Source: an uncultured Candidatus Saccharibacteria bacterium
GTDB lineage: Bacteria; Patescibacteriota; Minisyncoccia; Phycocordibacterales; PALSA-1337
Direction: 5' to 3'
Assembly: GCA_964565685.1 (NCBI GenBank)
Contig: CAZMFR010000004.1
Coordinates: 5,077 to 69,076, forward strand
DNA length: 64,000 bases
The first letter of the stretch is position 1. Each line of letters begins with the position of its first letter. Under the pieces are notes generated by a model. It searched no databases, was not told where the DNA came from, and worked only from the letters and a program-made list of their open reading frames with translations. Position numbers and translations under genes: made by a program. Below are positions 19,365 to 26,796 of this stretch, one piece after another.

Positions 19365-19519
19365 TCTCTCTCAAAATACTTTTGCTTGTTGATTTCCTTG
19401 CTGATGAATAGAGGAAACGCCACGTATCGATAAGTGGGTCGGTGGTCATGGTATGTATAAATTATCCATTGCTAAACAGACGTCATATCAATGTAACGTT
19501 ATGTCTAATATGTCAAATG

Positions 19520-19591
19520 TGCCCCCGAGAGGAATCGAACCTCTATTGCAAGATCCGCAATCTTGCGTCCTATCCGTTGAACGACGAGGGC
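19520..19591 (-). tRNA. tRNA-Arg (GCG)
   Basis: hand fold: anticodon loop TTGCGGA, T-loop GGTTCGATTCC, acceptor with one G-U pair. Confidence 0.7.
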
Positions 19592-19664
19592 GTAAAAATG
19601 TAAAATGCAAAACTAAGAATAGGTGCAGAAACAATTAATTTCACGTTTCAAAACTTTTGGTTCG

Positions 19665-19937
19665 CTATTTAACGCTTTCTATTTTCCGTAGCGCTTTCAT
19701 TATGCGAGATTTTCTACGGGAGGCCGTGTTGGCCTTTATGGCGCCGGTCTTGGCGGCTTTGTCGAGAGCTTTGTAGAGAGTTGGCATAAGGGCCTTCGCT
19801 TCGTTGGTCTTTTTTGCGACAATCAGCTTCTTGAATTGACGCACAGATGTCTCGATAGCAGTCTGTCGGCGCAAGTTAAAAACATGCTTCCTCTTTCCAG
19901 CACGCAATGCTTTTTTTGCTGATGAAGTTATGGCCAT
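19665..19937 (-). CDS. rpsT: 30S ribosomal protein S20
   Basis: MAITSSAKKALRAGKRK...; start at internal Met 23 of the track ORF. Confidence 0.85.
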   Translation of the reverse strand: MAITSSAKKALRAGKRKHVFNLRRQTAIETSVRQFKKLIVAKKTNEAKALMPTLYKALDKAAKTGAIKANTASRRKSRIMKALRKIESVK

Positions 19938-20193
19938 ATATTTGTAAGAAAGAGAATAGCATAAGGGAAAATAAAAGTAAAGAAAATGAATAACCCCACC
20001 CATCTTTTCACTTTTCTGGTGATCGATTCAATTAATGCTCGAAAGCAATCAGTGCTTCAAGCGGTGCCAGTTTGTTCTCGAAAGCACAGTATGCTCTTTT
20101 GGTGTTGTAGAAGGTCAAATATTCCTTCAGCTTTCATTGAACTTGGTCGTCTATTGGATCAATCCGGTTAACTATAAATTAGGTCAATTTTAA

Positions 20194-20202
20194 TGTTATA
20201 AT
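20194..20202 (+). promoter_or_regulatory. extended -10 box TGTTATAAT ending 7 nt before the ruvA ATG
   Basis: read directly from the sequence. Confidence 0.4.
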
Positions 20203-20209
20203 CGCTACT

Positions 20210-20785
20210 ATGATCGCCAAAATAACAGGAGTCGTCTATGAAATAGCAGGTCGATACGTCATAATCGATGTCAACGGCGTCGGCTACAAGATATTCGCTA
20301 CTGACGACACTCTGCGCCGTCTGAAAAAAGGAGGCACAACTTCTCTCTTGACATATCTCGTCGTGCGCGAAGACGCTCTGGATCTATACGGCTTTCTTGA
20401 AAAAAAAGACAAAGAATTTTTTGAGCTGTTGATCGGTGTGTCCGGCATCGGCCCAAAAAGCGCCATCAATATCCTGACTTTGGTTTCGGCAGACACGCTT
20501 GTCTCTTCGATAAGGACCGGCTCGGTTGCGCATCTGGTCAAAATTTCCGGTATAGGCAAGAAAACCGCCGAAAAAATAGTCCTGGAACTAAAAGACAAGC
20601 TCGGTGGAATGGAAAACAACAAAGATTTTGCCGCCGGCGTATCTAACGATGTCGACGCTATCATGGCCCTGCAAGTCCTCGGCTATGACGCTGACGAAGC
20701 GCGTGAAGCGCTGAAAAAGGTGAGCAAAGATGTTCTAGACATCGGTGATAAAGTAAAAGCGGCCTTGAAGGAGCTTGGCAAATAA
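20210..20785 (+). CDS. ruvA: Holliday junction DNA helicase subunit RuvA
   Basis: OB-fold N-terminus and helix-hairpin-helix motif GIGPKSA. Confidence 0.9.
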   Translation: MIAKITGVVYEIAGRYVIIDVNGVGYKIFATDDTLRRLKKGGTTSLLTYLVVREDALDLYGFLEKKDKEFFELLIGVSGIGPKSAINILTLVSADTLVSSIRTGSVAHLVKISGIGKKTAEKIVLELKDKLGGMENNKDFAAGVSNDVDAIMALQVLGYDADEAREALKKVSKDVLDIGDKVKAALKELGK

Positions 20786-20786
20786 A

Positions 20787-21677
20787 ATGCCCGAACTTCC
20801 AGAAGTACAAACAACAGTGAACGGCTTGAACGAGCACATACTCGGCCTGAAGATCACAGATGTCTGGACGGATTACAACAGCAAATTCCAGAAAGGAAAA
20901 GATTCAGTGAAAGATCCGGTCTACTTTAAAATTTTTAAGAAGAAGATCGTCGGCAAGAAGATCATATCGGCTGGTCGACTTGCAAAAAATATTCTCATGA
21001 ACTTGGATAGCGGAGACGTCATTCTGATCCATATGAAGATGACCGGTCATCTTATGTATGGCGATTACGACCGTGCCGATCCCTTTAACCGCTTCATCCA
21101 CCTTGTTTTCACTTTCAACAACGGCAAGACCCTAGAGCTGTCCGATATGCGCAAATTCGCAAAGATCACGCTCATTCCAAGACTAGATCTTGAAAAAAGC
21201 ATCGGGGAGTCCTTGCATCTGGCTAATATAGGCCCAGACCCACTGGCCAAAAGTTTTACTTTTGCCCTGTTCAAAGAAATGCTCGGTCACAAACCGAATG
21301 GACGGGTCAAAAATACTTTGATGGATCAAAGCGTCATCGCCGGCGTTGGAAATATATATAGCGACGAGGCATTGTGGCTAGCTGGGTTGAATCCGGAAGA
21401 AAGAATAAAAGATATCCCTGATTCCTGCTTGAAAAGATTATATGTTGATTTGAAAAGCGTCCTTGAAAAAGGAATAGATTTCGGCGGCGATTCGATGTCT
21501 GATTACAGGAATATAGATGGCAAAAGAGGAAAATTCCAAGGCGAACATCGCGCGTATCGAAAAACCGGCGAGCATTGCTCGAAGCGCGGTTGCAAGGGGA
21601 TCATTTTGAGAAAAGTGGTCGGCGGCAGGAGCGCGCATTTTTGCAGTGTGCACCAGAAAATCCTTAAAAAACAGTAG
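20787..21677 (+). CDS. mutM: formamidopyrimidine-DNA glycosylase (Fpg/MutM)
   Basis: N-terminal MPELPEV and a C-terminal zinc finger (C..C..H..C). Start is 1 nt after the ruvA stop. Confidence 0.85.
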   Translation: MPELPEVQTTVNGLNEHILGLKITDVWTDYNSKFQKGKDSVKDPVYFKIFKKKIVGKKIISAGRLAKNILMNLDSGDVILIHMKMTGHLMYGDYDRADPFNRFIHLVFTFNNGKTLELSDMRKFAKITLIPRLDLEKSIGESLHLANIGPDPLAKSFTFALFKEMLGHKPNGRVKNTLMDQSVIAGVGNIYSDEALWLAGLNPEERIKDIPDSCLKRLYVDLKSVLEKGIDFGGDSMSDYRNIDGKRGKFQGEHRAYRKTGEHCSKRGCKGIILRKVVGGRSAHFCSVHQKILKKQ

Positions 21678-21767
21678 CTTGGGTTTCGTAATGGAGTCGA
21701 CTGCCACCGAGACCGAGCGAGAGGGTTGGATGTCTGTTTTTGGCTATGCTGACAGCATGCATAAATT

Positions 21768-22259
21768 TCAATCGAACAATCTAAAGAGAAATACCCCAGC
21801 CGCCACCCCGACATTCAGCGATTCTTTCTTGCCCCTCATTGGAATTTCCGCAACGACATCTGCCAGATCGAGCAAGTCTTTTGAAACGCCATTGACTTCA
21901 TTACCGAGAATGACGAGGGTTTCCCCTTTGACTTTGATTTTTTTATAATCGACGGAATTCTTTGCCTGCTCGAGAGCGATAATTTTGGATCGTTCGCCTG
22001 TCGGCTGATTTTTTAATTTTTTTACCAGCTCCACAGCTCTCTCATCTCCTATATATTCCCAGACAACCAAATCTTCTGCACCGAGAGAGACTTTTGCGAA
22101 ATCCCGGCGCTTGCGACCGAAACGATCTATCGGCACAGGCGTCGTTCCTGCGCAATATATCTTTGAAATGCCAAGCGTTTCGGCTGTACGAAAAATAGAG
22201 CCGACATTATGGACGCTTCGGATATTGTCGAGGAGTAAAGAGATATTGCTGTTGCTCAT
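21768..22259 (-). CDS. SpoU/TrmH-family RNA 2'-O-methyltransferase
   Basis: motifs VHNVGSIFRTAE and ILGNEVNGVS. Confidence 0.8.
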   Translation of the reverse strand: MSNSNISLLLDNIRSVHNVGSIFRTAETLGISKIYCAGTTPVPIDRFGRKRRDFAKVSLGAEDLVVWEYIGDERAVELVKKLKNQPTGERSKIIALEQAKNSVDYKKIKVKGETLVILGNEVNGVSKDLLDLADVVAEIPMRGKKESLNVGVAAGVFLFRLFD

Positions 22260-22420
22260 AGATGTTTGATTGATTTACAAGATTTGTAGTCAAAAGCCGA
22301 GAACAGCGCGACTCGTCATTAGGGGCTCAGTGCTTTCGACTAATATTCTTTTAACGTTCAATCTTTCAATTTGTCATTGAGTACTATATAATGACTTTGT
22401 ACTAATAACCACACATTTCC

Positions 22421-22795
22421 ATGCATACCCTTTCGCTTTTTCCATATCTTCTGTCGTATCAACAGCTGTCGCCGTTCATAATACGCATCGTTCTCGGCGT
22501 GACTCTGGCCTATTTCGGCTATGACAAGATCCGCGATGGCGCCAAGAGTTCCGGCTCGAACAGCAAAATCTACGGTTGGGTCGAGATCATAGTCGCTATT
22601 TTTCTCATTATCGGTCTCTGGACACAGTTAGCCGCCATTCTAAACGCTGTCATACTTGTCATCAAAATCGGTTGGAAGATAAAAGAAAAGAAGTTCCTGA
22701 CTGACGGGGTCAATTACTATATCCTGCTTTTGGCCATGGCTATTTCGCTCGTTTTCACCGGTGCAGGATTCCTCGCAATTGACTATCCGCTATAA
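22421..22795 (+). CDS. DoxX-family membrane protein
   Basis: IVLGVTLAYFGYDKI with four transmembrane helices. Confidence 0.7.
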   Translation: MHTLSLFPYLLSYQQLSPFIIRIVLGVTLAYFGYDKIRDGAKSSGSNSKIYGWVEIIVAIFLIIGLWTQLAAILNAVILVIKIGWKIKEKKFLTDGVNYYILLLAMAISLVFTGAGFLAIDYPL

Positions 22796-22888
22796 AATGT
22801 TATGTTTAAAACGCAGCCGGCTATAAAATGACCCCTGGTTTGCTTGAAGTATTTTTGCATTTTGATTTTTAAATTTTTTACTTATATC

Positions 22889-22961
22889 GCGCCCATAGCT
22901 CAGCTGGTAGAGCAACTCCCTTTTAAGGAGTGGGTCGTTGGTTCGACTCCAACTGGGCGCA
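22889..22961 (+). tRNA. tRNA-Lys (TTT)
   Basis: hand fold: acceptor GCGCCCA/TGGGCGC, anticodon loop CTTTTAA. Confidence 0.8.
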
Positions 22962-22962
22962 C

Positions 22963-23985
22963 ATGGAAAACAAAAGACTTGAATTGGTCATATTTTCAAC
23001 GCTCTTCATCGTTCTGTCGATTTTGGTCTTTTTTGTGTTTCGACCGTTCCTCAGCATCATAGTTCTAGCTGCGGTTTTGTCTATCCTATTGCATCCGTTG
23101 AATGAAAAGCTTGTAGGGTTTTTCCATGGAGAAAAAAGCGTTGTTGCTTGCCTTTTGGTCATAGTCGCGTTTTTCTTCTTGATAGTGCCGGTGATGTTCT
23201 TTGGATTTCAGCTGTTCGCCCAAGCGCAGAGCTTTTTCTCCTTGACCCAAGCAGACCAAGGTCAATATATGCAAGGTATACAACAGGGTGTGAACACATT
23301 GGTCCAGCATTTCATCCCCAGCTTCTCTTTCAATATCTCTGATTCTATAAATAGCGCCGTGGACTTTGTCTCCGGCAATTTGGGCAGTCTTCTTTCCCAG
23401 ACAGCATACATATTTTTTCAGGTATTTTTTCTGTTGATGGCTTTGTTCTTCTTCTTGCGAGACGGAAAGAAGATGCTGGACTCGATCTCCTCCCTGAGTC
23501 CATTCGAAAAAGAGCAAAATAGAGAAGTCATCGACTCGACTTCTCGAATGATCACCTCTGTCATACGAGGAACGCTGTTTGTCGGATTGATACGTTTGGT
23601 TTTGATAACGATAGCGTTCTATCTATTCGGCGTTCCGAACTCTCTATTGTGGGGCAGTATCGGTGGAGTGATCGCCATGGTTCCCGGCCTAGGCACGTTT
23701 TTTGTCATTGTCCCTGCCTGCTTATATCTATTGTTCTATGGCAATATACTTTCGGTCATCGGCATGGTTTTGTTCGGCATTCTGCTCTTCTTTTTCATCG
23801 ACAACCTGCTCTCCACGCATTTCTTCGGCAAGGGATTGCATGTTCAATCGCCGTTCATTCTCTTCTCTATCATCGGCGGCGTTATATTTTTCGGCCCTCT
23901 GGGGTTCATATTTGGGCCGATCATACTGTCGCTTTTTATATCGATGGTGAATATGTACAAGATCCTCGTGCTCAACAAGAAATAG
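22963..23985 (+). CDS. AI-2E (PerM/YhhT) family transporter
   Basis: polytopic membrane protein with the typical C-terminal GLGTFF...PLG region. Start moved to the ATG after the tRNA, because the track ORF starts with GTG inside tRNA-Lys. Confidence 0.75.
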   Translation: MENKRLELVIFSTLFIVLSILVFFVFRPFLSIIVLAAVLSILLHPLNEKLVGFFHGEKSVVACLLVIVAFFFLIVPVMFFGFQLFAQAQSFFSLTQADQGQYMQGIQQGVNTLVQHFIPSFSFNISDSINSAVDFVSGNLGSLLSQTAYIFFQVFFLLMALFFFLRDGKKMLDSISSLSPFEKEQNREVIDSTSRMITSVIRGTLFVGLIRLVLITIAFYLFGVPNSLLWGSIGGVIAMVPGLGTFFVIVPACLYLLFYGNILSVIGMVLFGILLFFFIDNLLSTHFFGKGLHVQSPFILFSIIGGVIFFGPLGFIFGPIILSLFISMVNMYKILVLNKK

Positions 23986-24065
23986 CGCAACATTTATGGC
24001 TTTCCTCTCCATGTGCTAGACAAAATACTGACTACTAAGGAGATGCTCGTACAAAGAATGTGTGG

Positions 24066-24080
24066 CAATGTATATACATT
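24066..24080. promoter_or_regulatory. palindrome CAATGTATATACATT, core of the 5655 motif
   Basis: read directly from the sequence; lies between convergent gene ends. Confidence 0.3.
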
Positions 24081-24110
24081 TTAGACGTAGCTGTCTAATT
24101 TCTTGTGATT

Positions 24111-24845
24111 TCAAACGGTCAGAGTCAATTCTTCAAGGGAAAGAGAGATGTCAGACAACCCGCGCCGAGAATCGTGCGAAATATGTATGAGCTTGTTTAA
24201 AAGATCGTTCGATTCTTTCTCGGAAAAGTTATTCGCATAAGATCTTGCTTTATTAAAGCTAAAGTCCTTCATACCGGCTTCCTTTGCTGATTTTGTCGCA
24301 CGAGCCAAAGCGATCGATTTTGCTTGCCAAAAAAGCGTTCCTTGAATCTCTTCTGGCGATATCCCTTCGAGCAGGGCGCGACGATAGAGAACCCACAGGT
24401 TCTTGCGATCGCGCTTGCCCATTGCTTCAGCCAAAGAAAACACATTGAAACGCTCTTTTGATTTTGCGGCTGTCGTTTTTTGTGCGGCCGTTTCCACGAA
24501 TTCCTGCACTTTTTCCGCATGCTTTTCAAGCTTTTCCAAAGAATCCTTGTCCAGCTTGCCTTCTAGAATTATAAATATGTTCGGTGATGCCGCTATTACT
24601 TCTATTTGTTCAAGTAGAACTGGGACAATCTCTTCGTCATCCAGCAGATGATCTAGTACTATGATGAATTTATTCTCAAAGAGCCCTTGACCGCCACAGT
24701 ATTCTTGCAATTCTGCCTGGTTCCAATGCTCCGCATCCATTTTGAAATACGCCGCATCCGGCTTTTTTTTCTTCAGCGAATCCGCCAGCTCATGCATTTT
24801 AATCCTCGACTTGTCCGTGTCAGCGCCGTGGAGAAGGTAGATCAT
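24111..24845 (-). CDS. holA: DNA polymerase III delta subunit-like (HolA)
   Basis: N-terminal YLLHGAD and a C-terminal helical domain; start at internal Met 20. Confidence 0.5.
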   Translation of the reverse strand: MIYLLHGADTDKSRIKMHELADSLKKKKPDAAYFKMDAEHWNQAELQEYCGGQGLFENKFIIVLDHLLDDEEIVPVLLEQIEVIAASPNIFIILEGKLDKDSLEKLEKHAEKVQEFVETAAQKTTAAKSKERFNVFSLAEAMGKRDRKNLWVLYRRALLEGISPEEIQGTLFWQAKSIALARATKSAKEAGMKDFSFNKARSYANNFSEKESNDLLNKLIHISHDSRRGLSDISLSLEELTLTV

Positions 24846-24850
24846 ATATG

Positions 24851-25183
24851 TTAAATGCTCAATAAAACAACTGAAACAAAACCAAAAGCAAGACCGATAC
24901 ACTGAACCAATGTTAGCTTTTCGCTAAAAGCCAGCACGCCAATGAGCACTGTCGCAGCCACGGAAACAATAGACCAAATAACACCCGTTGTTGAAAGTTG
25001 ACTTCTCTCAAAAATCGCCGGTAACCATGCAGTGGCACTTATCAAGTCGACAATTATAAACAAAACGAACAGAGTCCATCCTGGATTTAAAGCAAACTTT
25101 TTAGAAAGAAATTCGCCAAGTGCAAAAAAAATGGCCGATAAAGCTATCCATATCCAGAAAGTTATTGCTGTGAATATCTGCAT
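24851..25183 (-). CDS. small multidrug resistance/EamA-like (DMT) four-helix transporter
   Basis: 110 aa with four transmembrane helices. Confidence 0.65.
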   Translation of the reverse strand: MQIFTAITFWIWIALSAIFFALGEFLSKKFALNPGWTLFVLFIIVDLISATAWLPAIFERSQLSTTGVIWSIVSVAATVLIGVLAFSEKLTLVQCIGLAFGFVSVVLLSI

Positions 25184-25323
25184 GAATGAATTATATCAAC
25201 ATATTACCATTAAATTCGAGATCAATTTTCACCTTCGAATATAAAAACGTTCATAAAATGTTGATAAATCGCTTTTTACGGCTCGTATAAAGTATTTTGT
25301 AAAGTTACGCGGCTCACATTGAA

Positions 25324-25875
25324 TTGATAAAATTATATGATTATATGAATACATTACCTGTAACGATTCCACAAGAAACCCTCATTAATCGGATATTTCT
25401 TATCCGTGGCAAGAAAGTCATGTTCGATCGGGATCTTGCTGAATTATATGGCGTTGAAACAAAAGTTCTCAATCAGGCGGTCAAGCGCAACATCGAGCGC
25501 TTCCCTGCAGACTTTATGTTTCAACTGAATTACCAAGAAACCAAAGTGTGGCAAGGATATCTTTCAAGGTCACAGTTTGTGACCTTGAAGAAAGGCAAAA
25601 ATATCAAGTATTCTCCAACAGTTTTCACCGAACAAGGCGTTGCTATGCTTTCAAGCGTTCTAAAGAGCGAGCGCGCTGTCCAAGTAAACATCCAGATCAT
25701 TCGCACATTCACCAAATTGCGCGAGATATTATCCGACAATAAAAAGCTTGCTGAGAAGCTAGAAGGACTCGAACAAAAATATGACAAGAAAATTGCCGAT
25801 ATTTTTACGGTCATAAAACATCTTGTCGTGGAAGAGATGAAGCCGAAAGAAAAGATGGGGTTTAATGTAAAGTAA
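25324..25875 (+). CDS. ORF6N-domain (KilA-N/antirepressor-like) DNA-binding protein
   Basis: IRGKKVMFDRDLAELYGVETKVLNQAVKRN...FTEQGVAMLSSVL. Confidence 0.7.
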   Translation: MIKLYDYMNTLPVTIPQETLINRIFLIRGKKVMFDRDLAELYGVETKVLNQAVKRNIERFPADFMFQLNYQETKVWQGYLSRSQFVTLKKGKNIKYSPTVFTEQGVAMLSSVLKSERAVQVNIQIIRTFTKLREILSDNKKLAEKLEGLEQKYDKKIADIFTVIKHLVVEEMKPKEKMGFNVK

Positions 25876-25938
25876 AAAAGAAAACCCCCACAAGAAAGCT
25901 CGTGATGAGTTCTCTTGTGGGTGGTCGATTAAGACCAC

Positions 25939-26610
25939 TTAACTTGTGGCCGGAGCCTCAGTTGTGTCTGTCGCCTTATTTCCGTAATAGATCCCTTTAT
26001 CTTTCGGCAAAGGAAGCAGCTTTGTTAGAAGACCGAAACTAGACTCAAAAGCATGCCGATGAGGCCAAGAGGTTTTTTGGGGGTCAACGTTTGCCCACGG
26101 CTTACGCTCTGCCTCTGCTCTTTCGATTTCTTCTGCGGTCTTTACAGCCGCTGCCTTTTTCTTGAGACAAGCAGAAGCTTTTTCTTCGATATTATCTGCA
26201 TCTGTCCACTGTTCGATTGGTTTGCCGAGCACCTCTTCAAGCGCTGAAATAGCCGTAATAAAATGTTCTGCGTCTCCGAACATTGCGTTCCAGCTGGTGC
26301 CATCTTCGCTATCCCAGCAGGATATGACGTGAATAAACCATACGCCCACGAGAACGATCCAAATCCGCAGCCAAACACTGGGGTTGTCGCTGACGGTAAA
26401 CATGTGTGGTCTCCATATGGCCGTCATCGCGGCATAGAGCAGTATCGCAGCCATGTTTACTATTTTGAACCGACGATGGGACAGAAGATGTATCGCGCTT
26501 TCTACAGGATTGCCTTTGTTGTTTTGCTTTGCCCAGTAAATGGACAGTTTTGCAAGAAAATGGTTCGGATCCTTATCGTGAGCCATCTGTACTAACTTTT
26601 TAATGTTCAT
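25939..26610 (-). CDS. hypothetical membrane protein
   Basis: 223 aa with central transmembrane helices. Confidence 0.45.
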   Translation of the reverse strand: MNIKKLVQMAHDKDPNHFLAKLSIYWAKQNNKGNPVESAIHLLSHRRFKIVNMAAILLYAAMTAIWRPHMFTVSDNPSVWLRIWIVLVGVWFIHVISCWDSEDGTSWNAMFGDAEHFITAISALEEVLGKPIEQWTDADNIEEKASACLKKKAAAVKTAEEIERAEAERKPWANVDPQKTSWPHRHAFESSFGLLTKLLPLPKDKGIYYGNKATDTTEAPATS

Positions 26611-26796
26611 TTTTCTACCTTATCTTTCTTTCCCCATTCATAACCAACGGCGTCTGTGCATTCGCAGAGGTTTCAGCCCCTTTGAACTTTCGTCAATTCA
26701 GATAGGTTAAGGGGAATCTCACTATCTGCCGAGAATTATATACCACAAGATTGCATATTGTCAAACAAAACTCAAAAACTTTATTTTAAGCCATTT

